Below, piece after piece: positions 25,200-38,300 of a stretch of DNA of 64,000 bases (positions within the stretch are counted from its first letter, which is position 1; every line of letters begins with the position of its first letter). This DNA is from Macrostomum lignano (taxonomy: Eukaryota): the NCBI GenBank assembly GCA_002269645.1, contig NIVC01000172.1, forward strand, positions 18,535-82,534. Direction: 5' to 3'. Below the pieces are notes generated by a model. It was not told where the DNA came from. It did no database searches and saw only the letters and a program-made list of their open reading frames with translations. A program made the translations under genes and the position numbers.

Positions 25200-26100
25200 T
25201 CCGATTTGAGTTTTATGAGATTTGACCGATTCCCTATGAGATTTGACAGATTCTCAAAGAGATTTGACAGTCACTGAGATTTGACGGATTCTCACTGAGA
25301 CTTGACCGATTCCCAATGAGATTTGACGGATTGCCACTGAGATTTGACGGATTCTCACTGAGAGTTGACCGATTCCCAATGAGATTTGACAGATTCTCAA
25401 AGAGATTTGACAGTCACTGAGATTTGACGGATTCTCACTGAGACTTGACCGATTCCCAATGAGATTTGACGGATTGCCACTGAGATTTGACGGATTCTCA
25501 CTGAGAGTTGACCGATTCCCAATGAGATTTGACAGATTCTCAAAGAGATTTGACAGTCACTGAGATTTGACGGATTCTCACTGAGACTTGACCGATTCCC
25601 AATGAGATTTGACGGATTGCCACTGAGATTTGACGGATTCTCACTGAGATTTGACCGATTCCCAATGAGATTTGACCGATTCCACTGAAATTTGACGGAT
25701 TCCCAATGAGATTTCACCGATTTCCAATGCGATTTGACCGATTCCCAATGAGATTTGACCGATTCCCACTGAGATTTGACCGATTCCCAATGAGATTTGA
25801 CCGATTCCCAATGAGATTTGACCAATTCTGAATGAGATTTGACCGATTCTCTATGAGATTTGACGGATTCTCAATGAGATTTGACCGATTCCCAATGAGA
25901 TTTGACGATTCCCAATGAGATTTCGCCGATTCTCACTGAGATTTGACCGATTCCCAATGAGATTTGACCGATTTCCACTGAGACCTGACCAATTTTCAAT
26001 GAGATTTCACCGATTCCCACTGAGATTTGACCGATTCCCACTGAGATTTGACCAATTTTCACTGAGATTTGAATGATTCCTAATGAGATTTGATCGATTA
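25200..26100. repeat. 21-bp minisatellite GAGATTTGACCGATTCCCAAT with a 143-bp higher-order unit
   Basis: Marker TTCTCAAAGA recurs at 25251, 25394 and 25537 (143 = 6x21 + 17). Confidence 0.92.
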
Positions 26101-26599
26101 CCGATAGAAAAAAATTGAAAAGCAGCAAATGCAGTAAAATATTTGAAATAAAATTTCAGAGCGCAGCGTGCGGGTGTCGAAATGGCGTGTATCAATAAAT
26201 GGATTCGTTTTTCACTAATAAACTATATATTACCAAAACAAGCAAAGCTAAAACAGAAAATGTTTAACAGCAATTGAAATATAAATATTAAAATACTACT
26301 AATTTAAGTAGTAACAGCTACTAACAGTACAGAATAGCGAAGCTGCCTGATATTGATAAAAACTCACTAAAATCAACAGACAAATTAACAACCCAATCTT
26401 TTAACTTCGGCGCACTGGCTTGGCGGAATAAATGATAAACAATCTAATGAATTAAGCTTTGGATTTCAGTCAGCATTTACTCGTAAATTCCAACAATAAG
26501 CATTGCATTTATTGAATAGTGGCACAGAAATCATCCCAGCGGCTTTGGATATCATGGGGCTTGGCCGCCTAAGCTAAATCAAGTAATATAGAAACCAGA

Positions 26600-27400
26600 G
26601 AAGAGGGGAGGGCGAAGAGGGGAGAGGGGAGAGGGGAGAGAGAAGAGGAGAGAGGAGAGTAGAGACAGGAGAGGGAAGAGAGGAGAGAGGAGACGAGAGA
26701 GGAGAGGAGAGAGGAGAGGAGAGAGGAGAGAGGAGAGACAGGAGAAGAGAGAGGGGAGAGGGGAGAGAGGAGAGGGGAGAGAGGAGAGGGGAGAAATGAG
26801 AGGAGAGAGGAGAGGGGAGAGAGAAGAGGAGAGAGAGGAGAGGAGAGAGGAGAGGAGAGACAGGAGAGGGAAGAGAGGAGAGAGGAGACGAGAGAGGAGA
26901 GGAGAGAGGAGAGGAGAGACAGGAGAGGGAAGAGAGGAGAGAGGAGACGAGAGAGGAGAGGAGAGAGGAGAGGAGAGAGGAGAGAGGAGAGACAGGAGAA
27001 GAGAGAGGGGAGAGGGGAGAGAGGAGAGGGGAGAGAGGAGAGGGGAGAAATGAGAGGAGAGAGAGGAGAGGGGAGAGAGAAGAGGAGAGAGATAAGAGGG
27101 GAGAGAGAAGGGGAGAGATAGGAGGGAGAGAGGGGAGAGGGGAGAGAGGGGAGAGGGGAGAGAGGAGAGGGGAGAGAGGAGAGGAGAGGAGAGGGAGAGA
27201 GAACAGGAGAGAGAGGAGGGAGAGAGGGGAGAGGGGAGAGGGGAGAGGGGAGAGAGGGGAGAGGGAGAGAGGGGAGAGGGGAGAAATGAGAGGAGAGGAG
27301 AGGGGAGAGAGAAGAGGAGAGAGAGGAGGGGAGAGAGGGGAGAGGGGAGAGGGGAGAGGGGATAGGGGAGAGAGAAGAGGGGGCAGAGAGGAGAGAGAGA
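26600..27400. repeat. ~800-bp polypurine (GA/GGA) low-complexity tract
   Basis: Almost exclusively G and A on the + strand; lies between the ASTE1 stop and a minus-strand AATAAA near 26510. Confidence 0.95.
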
Positions 27401-27463
27401 CAGCAGGTGGGACTGGTCAGTGATCATCAGGCAGTTGGTCTCGCACACTCAGACTCCGCAGCC

Positions 27464-30400
27464 TCAGTCAGCAGCAGCAGCAGCCGGCACCCCAGCAGCG
27501 GTGATCCAGTCGGCCAGCCGCTGCAGGCCCTGGCTGGTGGCTCCCCGAGCTCGGAGGCGGTCGGCCAGGCTGGCCAAGCAGCGGTCCCAGTCCAGCCGGC
27601 CGTCCAGCATGTCGGCGGCCACCCGATAGACGAAGCGGCCAGCCAGCAGCCGCGGCAGCCAGTCTAGCAGGCGGTCGTCCTCCCCGGCGCTGGAGTGCGC
27701 CTGCAGGAAGAGCATCAGCGAGACAATGTGAGCCTGGAAAGCGTTGAACTGATGCAGCAGCTCCAGATAGACGGACTTCGAGCGCTGATGAGCGGAGACC
27801 TGAGCGCCGTCGATGCGCGGGCTGGCGTAGCAGTCGAAATCCACGGTCGAACCGGCGCGTTTCTTCGGCGGGCCCTCGTCCTCCTCGTCATCATCATTGT
27901 CGGAGTCCTTGGAGGCGTCGTGTCGCAGCAGGCACAGCGCCAGCAGCGCTCTGGTGACGCAGCGGCTCCGCCGATTACCGCCGTTCAGCGACAGGCGCAG
28001 GAGGTGCAGCGCGAGCCGCAGCCGCTGGCTACCCGCCAACTTCTCCGGCAGCAGCGCCGTCAGCTGCTTGTCGGCATCCTCGGACGCGTCGATGTGTTCC
28101 AGCGCGCATCGCCACGAGTCCGCTGACGGGCAGCGATGACGCCGCTTCGAGAGCTTGACTGGCACCTGGAGAACTTCGGTGCCGCTGCGAACGTACTCAA
28201 TCACCTGCAGCTTGTTTGAATCCTCTTTGTTGTCCTCCTCTTTATTGTCCTCCTCTTGGCTGCTGGGATCAGAACTGTCGGTGCGAAAGTTCTCAAGCGA
28301 GTAGGCGATGGAGCGGAGAGCTCGGGTGGACTCGAACAGGCCGGGCAGGTTGGGATGCTCAATGCCGATCGGCAAGATCACCCGCTGGTACAGCAGGGCG
28401 TCGATGAAAAACACCAGCTTGCGCCGACGCCGATGCGAGTCGGTCAGGGGCGTCGGCGCGGCCTCAGGGAATTCGATTTTAGCACTGTCGGCGCCCAGAC
28501 GGAGCGCTTCGTGCTCCGGTTTGAGCTGGTAGTGGCGCAGCGAGGCGTCAAAGCGTGACATGAGCTCCGGCTGCAGGCGCCGCCTCAGCTCGGCCAGACA
28601 CTCCTCCGCCAGTTCGAACCGGTGAGTCCAGCGAATCGACTCCGTGATGGCTCCGTGACAGTCGTAGCCGCGGATGCCAAGAGTTCGGCGAGCTTCGGCC
28701 GCCTCATTCTCGGACACGTAGTCATTGCCGGCCAGGCTCGCCCACAGGGCTGTGAGCTCCGGCCGGAGGGCCAGGTTGTTCAGCGGCTTCAGGCGGCAGG
28801 CCGACTGAAGTGCGAAATTGGTTTAGCAGCTCCGAGACTCTGCTTCTGGCTGCGGAATTATCTGGCTTTTGCTGCTCCTACTAACTTGTTCACTCTCCCT
28901 CACACTACTTCCATTCTCTACCCCTCACTCTATTTCAATGCTCTACTCCTCACTCTCCTCTTCACTCTACTCCTTACTCTCCTCTTCACTCTACTCCTCA
29001 CTCTACTCCTCACTCTCCTCTTCACTCTACTCGTCACTCTCCTCTTCACTCTACTCCTCACTCAACTCCTCACTCTACTCCTCACTCTACTCCTCACTCT
29101 ACTCCTCACTCTACTCCTCACTCTACTCCTCACTCTCCTCTTCACTCTACTCCTCACTCTACTCCCTCACTCTACTTCCATACTCTACTCCCGACTCTAC
29201 TTACTCTTCTCTCTCACTGTCCCCCCTCGCTCTACTCATTCACTCTACTTCGTCTACTCCCTCACCCCACTCACTCTACGCCACCCTCTACTCCCTTATC
29301 TCTACATTCCCCTTCAAAGCGGCCGGCAGCTCGCCCACCTGCTGATAAATGCAGCAGCGCATGCAGCTCTCCCCTGACGACAGTGCCTCGTCCGAAAGGT
29401 CCAGGCTGTCGGACGGGATGACCCCGCCAGGCAGGGGGTACAGGAAGAAATCGCTGTCCCCAGTCAACAGCGGGCAGCCCAAACGGCCGGCAAGGGTTGC
29501 GGACTGAAATTTTTAAAAAAGCAAAAAATCGCATTATACTACTGATACATACAATCCATATACTCATATCGACCGGACCTGCTCGTCAGCGTCTCCAGTG
29601 AGCACGGTGGCCACGGGAAAGCCGCGATCGACGGCAGCCTGACCGAACACATCGTAGGTGAGAATCGGCAGCAGGCGATTGCGCGGATCGGGCCGGCCAG
29701 TTTCCAGCAGCTGCTTGCAGCTGGCGGCGCGATCTGCCATGCGGCGCAGCTGCTGGCGGATCTTGCCGCCTTTCCAGTCCTGCGCGTGGGGAGTGGGTGG
29801 GCGAGCGATAAGGTTGGGCAGCAGCGGGGAGTGGGGTGGGTGAGCGATAAGGCTAGCTTGGCAGCAGCGGGGAGTGGGGTGGGCGAGCGATAAGGCTGGG
29901 CAGGAGCGGGGAGTGAGGTGGGGGAGCGATAAGGCTGGACAGGAGTGGGGAGTGGGGTGGGTGAGCGATAAGGCTAGCTGGGCAGCAGCGGGGAGTGGGG
30001 TGGGTGAGCGATAAGGCTAGCTGGGCAGCAGCGGGGAGTGGGGTGGGTGAGCGATAAGACTAGCTGGGCAGCAGCGGGGAGTGGGGTGGGTGAGCGATAA
30101 GGCTAGCTGGGCAGCAGCGGGGAGTGGGGTGGGCGAGCGATAAGGCTAGGCAGGAGCGGGAGTGAGGTGGGGGAGCGATAAGGCTGGGCAGGAGTGGGGA
30201 GTGGGGTGGGCGAGCGATAAGGCTAGCTGGGCAGTAGCGGGAGAGGGGTGGGTGCCCTGGAGTAGAAACTCAGTTCGTTTTTTTGAAGAACAATGTTTTG
30301 TATTGAAAAAGAAGCTAAAAAAGTTTTCAGCACCTTGGCGCCATCGAACACAAACAGAGGCTGAATTCCGCAGCGCTGGAATTTATCAAACAGTCGCTGC

Positions 30401-30573
30401 AGTCTGTCAGCGTACAGGTCATACTCTCCGCCGTAATCGTAGGTAAAATTATACAAAAAGTGAACAAAATTTGCGGCGTCAATCACTAAGCGACAGTTGG
30501 CCAGTCTGTGCTGGGTGACGCCGCGGTTCTGGGCGTTGCGTTCGATGTATCCCTTGAGGCCGCGGACTCCCAT
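27464..30573 (-). CDS. ASTE1: Asteroid homolog (XPG/PIN-family nuclease), 648 aa, 4 exons
   Basis: Exons 30573-30334, 29779-29579, 29503-29339, 28804-27464, all phase 0. MGVRGL...LVIDAANF...VFDG, GDAD, LTGDSDFF and LAGNDY motifs. Confidence 0.88.
28885..29310. repeat. 12-bp CTCACTCTACTC repeat in ASTE1 intron 3
   Basis: Read directly. Confidence 0.9.
29785..30250. repeat. ~39-43-bp G-rich repeat (GGGGAGTGGGGTGGGTGAGCGATAAGGCTAGCTGGGCAGCAGC) in ASTE1 intron 1
   Basis: About 11 units read directly. Confidence 0.9.
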
Positions 30574-30599
30574 TACGGCTGCGGGACGGACGGTGTCGG

Positions 30600-33500
30600 G
30601 GGCGATTCAGAAGACAGTCTAACTGGGCGATTCTAAATGCAGTTTGGGGCGATTCTAAATGCAGTCTGAGGGCGATTCTAAATGCAGTCTAAGGGCGATT
30701 CTGAATGCAGTCTAAGGGCGATTCTAAATGCAGTCTAAGGGCGATTCTAAATGCAGTCTGAGGGCGATTCTAAATGCAGTCTAAGGGCGATTCTAAATGC
30801 AGTCTGAGGGCGATTCTAAATGCAGTCTAAGGGCGATTCTAAATGCAGTCCAAGGGCGATTCTAAATGCAGTCTGAGGGCGATTCTAAATGCAGTCTGAG
30901 GGCGATTCTAAATGCAGTCCAAGAGCGATTCTAAATGCAGTCCAAGGGCGATTCTGAATGCAGTCTGAGGGCGATTCTAAATTGAGGGCGATTCTAAATG
31001 CAGTCCAAGGGCGATTCTAAATGCAGTCCAAGGGCGATTCTGAATGCAGTCTGAGGGCGATTCTAAATGCAGTCTGAGGGCGATTCTAAATGCAGTCTAA
31101 GGGCGATTCTAAATGCAGTCTAAGGGCGATTCTAAATGTAGTCTGAGGGCGATTCTAAATGCAGTCTGAGGGCGATTCTAAATGCAGTCTGAGGGCGATT
31201 CTAAATTGAGGGCGATTCTAAATGCAGTCTAAGGGCGATTCTAAATGCAGTCCAAGGGCGATTCTGAATGCAGTCTGAGGGCGATTCTAAATTGAGGGCG
31301 ATTTTAAATGCAGTCCAAGGGCGATTCTGAATGCAGTCTGAGGGCGATTCTAAATGCAGTCTAAGGGCGATTCTAAATGCAGTCTGAGGGCGACTCTAAA
31401 TGCAGTCTGAGGGCGATTCTAAATGCAGTCTGAGGGCGATTCTAAATGCAGTCTAAGGGCGATTCTAAATGCAGTCTAAGGGCGATTCTAAATGCAGTCT
31501 GAGGGCGATTCTAAATGCAGTCTGAGGGCGATTCTAAATGCAGTCTAAGGGCGATTCTAAATGCAGTCTAAGGGCGATTCTAAATGCAGCCAAAGGGCGA
31601 TTCTAAATGCAGTCTGAGGGCGATTCTAAATGTAGTCAAAGGGCGATTCTAAATGCAGTCTGAGGGCGATTCTAAATGCAGTCTAAGGGCGATTCTAAAT
31701 GCAGTCTGAGGGCGATTCTAAATGCAGTCTGAGGGCGATTCTAAATGCAGTCTGAGGGCGATTCTAAATGCAGTCTAAGGGCGATTCTAAATGCAGTCTG
31801 AGGGCGATTCTAAATGCAGTCTGAGGGCGATTTTAAATGCAGTCTAAGGGCGATTTTAAATGCAGTCTGAGGGCGATTCTAAATGCAGTCTGAGGGCGAT
31901 TTTAAATGCAGTCTAAGGGCGATTCTAAATGCAGTCTAAGGGCGATTCTAAATGCAGTCTGAGGGCGATTCTAAATGCAGTCTGAGGGCGATTTTAAATG
32001 CAGTCTAAGGGCGATTCTAAATGCAGTCTGAGGGCGATTCTAAATGCAGTCTAAGGGCGATTTTAAATGCAGTCTGAGGGCGATTTTAAATGCAGTCTGA
32101 GGGCGATTCTAAATGCAGTCTAAGGGCGATTCTAAATGCAGTCTAAGGGCGATTCTAAATGTAGTCTGAGGGCGATTCTAAATGCAGTCTGAGGGCGATT
32201 CTAAATGCAGTCTGAGGGCGATTCTAAATGCAGTCTGAGGGCGATTCTGAATGCAGTCTAAGGGCGATTCTAAATGTAGTCTGAGGGCGATTCTAAATGC
32301 AGTCTGAGGGCGATTCTAAATGCAGTCTGAGGGCGATTCTAAATGCAGTCTGAGGGCGATTCTAAATGCAGTCTAAGGGCGATTCTAAATGCAGTCTAAG
32401 GGCGATTCTAAATGTAGTCTGAGGGCGATTCTAAATGCAGTCTGAGGGCGATTCTAAATGCAGTCTGAGGGCGATTCTAAATGCAGTCTGAGGGCGATTC
32501 TGAATGCAGTCTAAGGGCGATTCTAAATGTAGTCTGAGGGCGATTCTAAATTGAGGGCGATTCTAAATGCAGTCTGAGGGCGATTCTAAATGCAGTCTAA
32601 GGGCGATTCTAAATGCAGTCTGAGGGCGATTCTAAATGCAGTCTAACGGCGATTCTAAATGCAGTCTAAGGGCGATTCTAAATGCAGTCTGAAGGCGATT
32701 CTAAATGCAGTCTAAGGGCGATTCTAAATGCAATCTGAGGGCGATTCTAAATGCAGTCTGAGGGCGATTCTAAATGCAGTCTAAGGGCGATTCTAAATGC
32801 AGTCTGAGGGCGATTCTAAATGCAGTCTGAGGGCGATTCTAAATGCAGTCTGAGGGCGATTCTAAATCCAGTCTGAGGGCGATTTTAAATGCAGTCTAAG
32901 GGCGATTCTAAATGCAGTCTGAGGGCGATTCTAAATGCAGTCTGAGGGCGATTCTAAATGCAGTCTAAGGGCGATTCTAAATGCAGTCTGAGGGCGATTC
33001 TAAATGCAGTCTGAGGGCGATTCTAAATGCAGTCTGAGGGCGATTCTAAATGCAGTCTGAGGGCGATTCTAAATGCAGTGTGAGGGCGATTCTAAATGCA
33101 GTCTGAGGGCGATTCTAAATGCAGTCTGAGGGCGATTCTAAATGCAGTCTGAGGGCGATTCTAAATGCAGTCTAAGGGCGATTCTAAATCCAGTCTGAGG
33201 GCGATTTTAAATGCAGTCTAAGGGCGATTCTAAATGCAGTCTGAGGGCGATTCTAAATGCAGTCTGAGGGCGATTCTAAATGCAGTCTAAGGGCGATTCT
33301 AAATGCAGTCTGAGGGCGATTCTAAATGCAGTCTGAGGGCGATTCTAAATGCAGTCTGAGGGCGATTTTAAATGCAGTCTGAGGGCGATTCTAAATGCAG
33401 TCTAAGGGCGATTCTAAATGCAGTCTGAGGGCGATTCTAAATGCAGTCTAAGGGCGATTCTAAATGCAGTCTGAGGGCGATTCTAAATGCAGTCTGAGGG

Positions 33501-35021
33501 CGATTCTAAATGTAGTCTGAGGGCGATTCTAAATGCAGTCTAAGGGCGATTCTAAATGCAGTCTGAGGGCGATTCTAAATGCAGTCTGAGGGCGATTCTA
33601 AATGCAGTCTGAGGGCGATTCTGAATGCAGTCTAAGGGCGATTCTAAATGTAGTCTGAGGGCGATTCTAAATGCAGTCTGAGGGCGATTCTAAATGCAGT
33701 CTGAGGGCGATTCTAAATGCAGTCTGAGGGCGATTCTAAATGCAGTCTAAGGGCGATTCTAAATGCAGTCTAAGGGCGATTCTAAATGTAGTCTGAGGGC
33801 GATTCTAAATGCAGTCTGAGGGCGATTCTAAATGCAGTCTGAGGGCGATTCTAAATGCAGTCTGAGGGCGATTCTGAATGCAGTCTAAGGGCGATTCTAA
33901 ATGTAGTCTGAGGGCGATTCTAAATTGAGGGCGATTCTAAATGCAGTCTGAGGGCGATTCTAAATGCAGTCTAAGGGCGATTCTAAATGCAGTCTGAGGG
34001 CGATTCTAAATGCAGTCTAACGGCGATTCTAAATGCAGTCTAAGGGCGATTCTAAATGCAGTCTGAAGGCGATTCTAAATGCAGTCTAAGGGCGATTCTA
34101 AATGCAATCTGAGGGCGATTCTAAATGCAGTCTGAGGGCGATTCTAAATGCAGTCTAAGGGCGATTCTAAATGCAGTCTGAGGGCGATTCTAAATGCAGT
34201 CTGAGGGCGATTCTAAATGCAGTCTGAGGGCGATTCTAAATCCAGTCTGAGGGCGATTTTAAATGCAGTCTAAGGGCGATTCTAAATGCAGTCTGAGGGC
34301 GATTCTAAATGCAGTCTGAGGGCGATTCTAAATGCAGTCTAAGGGCGATTCTAAATGCAGTCTGAGGGCGATTCTAAATGCAGTCTGAGGGCGATTCTAA
34401 ATGCAGTCTGAGGGCGATTCTAAATGCAGTCTGAGGGCGATTCTAAATGCAGTGTGAGGGCGATTCTAAATGCAGTCTGAGGGCGATTCTAAATGCAGTC
34501 TGAGGGCGATTCTAAATGCAGTCTGAGGGCGATTCTAAATGCAGTCTAAGGGCGATTCTAAATCCAGTCTGAGGGCGATTTTAAATGCAGTCTAAGGGCG
34601 ATTCTAAATGCAGTCTGAGGGCGATTCTAAATGCAGTCTGAGGGCGATTCTAAATGCAGTCTAAGGGCGATTCTAAATGCAGTCTGAGGGCGATTCTAAA
34701 TGCAGTCTGAGGGCGATTCTAAATGCAGTCTGAGGGCGATTTTAAATGCAGTCTGAGGGCGATTCTAAATGCAGTCTGAGGGCGATTCTAAATGCAGTCT
34801 GAGGGCGATTCTAAATGCAGTCTAAGGGCGATTCTAAATGCAGTCTGAGGGCGATTCTAAATGCAGTCTGAGGGCGATTCTAAATGTAGTCTGAGGGCGA
34901 TTCTAAATGCAGTCTAAGGGCGATTCTAAATGCAGTCTGAGGGCGATTCTAAATGCAGTCTGAGGGCGATTCTAAATGCAGTCTAAGGGCGATTCTAAAT
35001 GCAGTCTGAGGGCGATTCTAA
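30600..35021. repeat. 23-bp satellite GAGGGCGATTCTAAATGCAGTCT, ~190 units, containing a 1374-bp internal duplication
   Basis: Read directly; no ORFs in the track; rare variants recur at a 1374-bp offset. Confidence 0.98.
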
Positions 35022-35384
35022 AGACATTGCGTGCAATAAGTACTTGTGGCTTTTAACTCAAATTATGTGAAAATACGTTTGTAGTGCCAGAAAGAATCAG
35101 CAGAAGGCGTGTCAATTTTTTATTTAAAAACTCCATAAAATCTTCTTTTAGCCATATAAAAGTGAAAAAATGAATAAATTGAGAAAAAATTTGGACAAAC
35201 AATCAGCGGAGAAAATCAAAGCTGATTTCTAAGAAATATTGGGTATTTCAAAAACTTAAGGCGCTTACTTTAGAAAGGGTAAAACACAGGTGTTTCTTTT
35301 TTCTATGTAGTAATATTTGCCACTTGCTACTTAATTCAATGAACAGTAGTTTTTAAAAATCGTTTAATCACAGGAAGAAAACGC

Positions 35385-38300
35385 TTAATTTCGAAACATC
35401 AATTTCGAATCATCGCTCGGCCGTTCGGCCAGTCCGAACGCGGCAAATCGTCCCGACTGCAGCAGAACAACCGCGGCTGACGAACCCGCCAGCAGTCGAA
35501 CCAGTTTAGCGGCACCGGCTGTTTGAAACCGGCACAAAGGTTTGGCGCCCTGCCAAACTCTGAGGGTGCCATCCCGAGAGGCTGTGACCGATATGCCAGC
35601 CTCTGCCGCTGTGTCCAAACAGACCATCTTGATATAATAAAGCAGAGATGCAATATTAGTTGGTTGAAATACTCTTCACTGATCAGCATCTCTAACCCCT
35701 AAAAATACACCAACAAACCTTTGTAATGCTTTTAGTACACCTATCAAAATGGATATCGCTAAAAGTACATCAATTAACATCTCTATGCCTAAAAGTACAT
35801 CAATAAACATCTGTAATCCCTTAAAAGTACACCAATTGATCATCTCTAATCTTGAAAAGTACACAAATCAACATATCTAATGGTTAAAAGTACATCAATA
35901 CATCTCTATCCCTAAAAGTACACAAAGCAACATCTCTAATCCCTAAAAGTACATCAGTCAACATCTCTATCGTTAAAAGTACACAATAAAATTCTTACTC
36001 TATAAAGTACATAAAAACCTTTAATCCTTAAAAGTACAACCCATCAAAGGCCTAAAAAAGCCATAGAAACGCACCGGACTCTCTTCAGCCTCCAGCCGCA
36101 TCAAGCAGTCAAACTGTGCATCCTCGGGCAGCCAACCCCAAAACCCGGCGCGACCGTCAGCGCCGCAGGTGGCAACCAGGCAATCGCGTAGGCATCGCAC
36201 ACTGGCCACGCCTCCAGCCGCTGACGAATGAGCGCCGAGTGCAACTGTCAGAAATTTTCGGCGATTGATGGTTCTAGTTTTCGAAGCTGTCGCCGCAACA
36301 GAAGAAGCTTTTAGAGCCGTGGGCAACTCGGCCGCCACTCTGTAGGCATCCAGTGGCTGTAGAAATGCAGTCATTAAGGTGGCGGATTAAGTATGAGCGA
36401 GTTCAACCAAAACAAAAAACGGCCCTTTTAAGGGTATTATTTTATTTTAACAACCTTAACTCTAACCCAGTGTAACAATGCATATCTGCAAGACAATTCT
36501 GCCCATTCCGCTGACACACGCTCACACAGGATGTACAGCGGCAATTTGACTTTCGAATAATCAGGCATGGACACTCTGTGTGCCTTGGGGGTTGGCCCTC
36601 ACGGCTGTGAATCGCACGACAACCCCCTTAACCAAAGCCTTGCCTGAAAAGCCAGCAGGTCGCCGCTCCGGAGCCCAATAACTGCAGCGGCTTCGCTGTC
36701 GGCAAAAAACTGCACGCAATCTTCGCTGGAAATTCCTCCAGCAGACGCGATGCCGGACTTCAAAGGCACCGCCGAGCCTTTGGCGGCTCGGTCGCCTCGA
36801 GCGTCGACAAGGGACCACACGGAGAAGCTGCGCAGGCTGTCCAGCGATATCGCATGCCGAGAGTCCGGTGAGAGAACCAGCTCAGGTGCGGTGACTGGAT
36901 AAATTGTAGGGATAAAACAATAAAAAACTCCCTCTGGTATAAATGCTTCAAAAGTTCTTTTATGCTCGAAATATTAACAAGATGACTAACTGAACTCAAT
37001 AGAATATGAATAGTTGAGTTACACTGGAGTGGAAATGATTAGATTGAAACATTTGGATTAGAGCGGAATTGAATTGGAATGAATTGGAACATTGGATTGG
37101 AACATTTTGGATGGATTGGATTGGATTGAATCGGATTGGAATGGGTTGGATTGGGGTGGGTTGGGATGGATTGGAATGGATTGGAATGGAATGGATTGGA
37201 ATGGATTGGAATGAAATGGATTGGAATGGAATGGATTGTATTGGAATGGATTGTATTGGAATGGATTGGAATGGATTGGAATTGTATAGATTGGAATGGA
37301 TTGTAATGGAATGGAATGGATTGGATTGGAATGGAATGGATTTTATTGGAATGGATTGGAATGGATTGGATTGGAATGGAATGGATTTTATTGGAATGGA
37401 TTGGAATAGATTGGATTGGAATGGATTGGAATGGATTGTATTGGAATGGATTGGAATGGATTGTATTGGAATGGATTGGAATGGAATGGATTAGAATGGA
37501 ATGGATTGGAATGGAATGGATTGGAATGGATTGGATTGGAATGGAATTGATTTTATTGGAATGGATTAAGATGGAATGGAATGGATTTTATTGGAATGGA
37601 TTGGAATGGAATGGATTGGAATTCAATGGAATGGAATGGAGTGGATTGGAATGGATTGGAATGGATTGGAATTGTATAGATTGGAATGGATTGGAATGGA
37701 ATGGATTGTATTGGAATGGAATGGATTGTATTGGAATGGATTAAGATGGAATGGAATAAATTGGAATGGAGTGGAGTGGACCCAACAGTATTTTATTGCT
37801 AAATGCATTGGATATTTTGACAAAGTCTATTCAGAATGACAGTGGAAATAATTTCCTGCACTGTCTCAGAAAAAAAGTACTGATCCAGAAATCAAGCTCC
37901 CAAAATTCGCACGGACTCACCCTGTTCAGCAGCCCCCAATCCAGCACCGGGGAAGTCCACAGTCTGAACCAGCTGCAACGATTGGCCACCATCGCCCGCC
38001 CCAAGCTCGTACAGGTGGCAACGCCTGGCGCCACCAGCTGCCTCAATCAACACCAAATGGCTCCCGGTCGCTCGAATCCAACGCATCCCGGCTGACAAGC
38101 GTCGTTTCGAAGCCATTCGACGCCGTTCAAGCAGGTGAAACACAACTACAGCAGCCTTGGCGCTGTCACAGTCGTCTTCCACGGCCTCCTTGACAAGCAG
38201 AGCGGCAAGCGGTTGCTGTTCAGACACGAGAATATCTACGCCAATCAACCTGAGACGACTCCGGTTGCCTACAGGCGCTCTTGAAGACGGTGAAGCTCCG

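Noticed and set aside
37040-37780. (GGAAT)n as human satellite III contamination
   Set aside because: Sits inside an intron whose flanking exons join in phase; a simple pentamer can arise independently.
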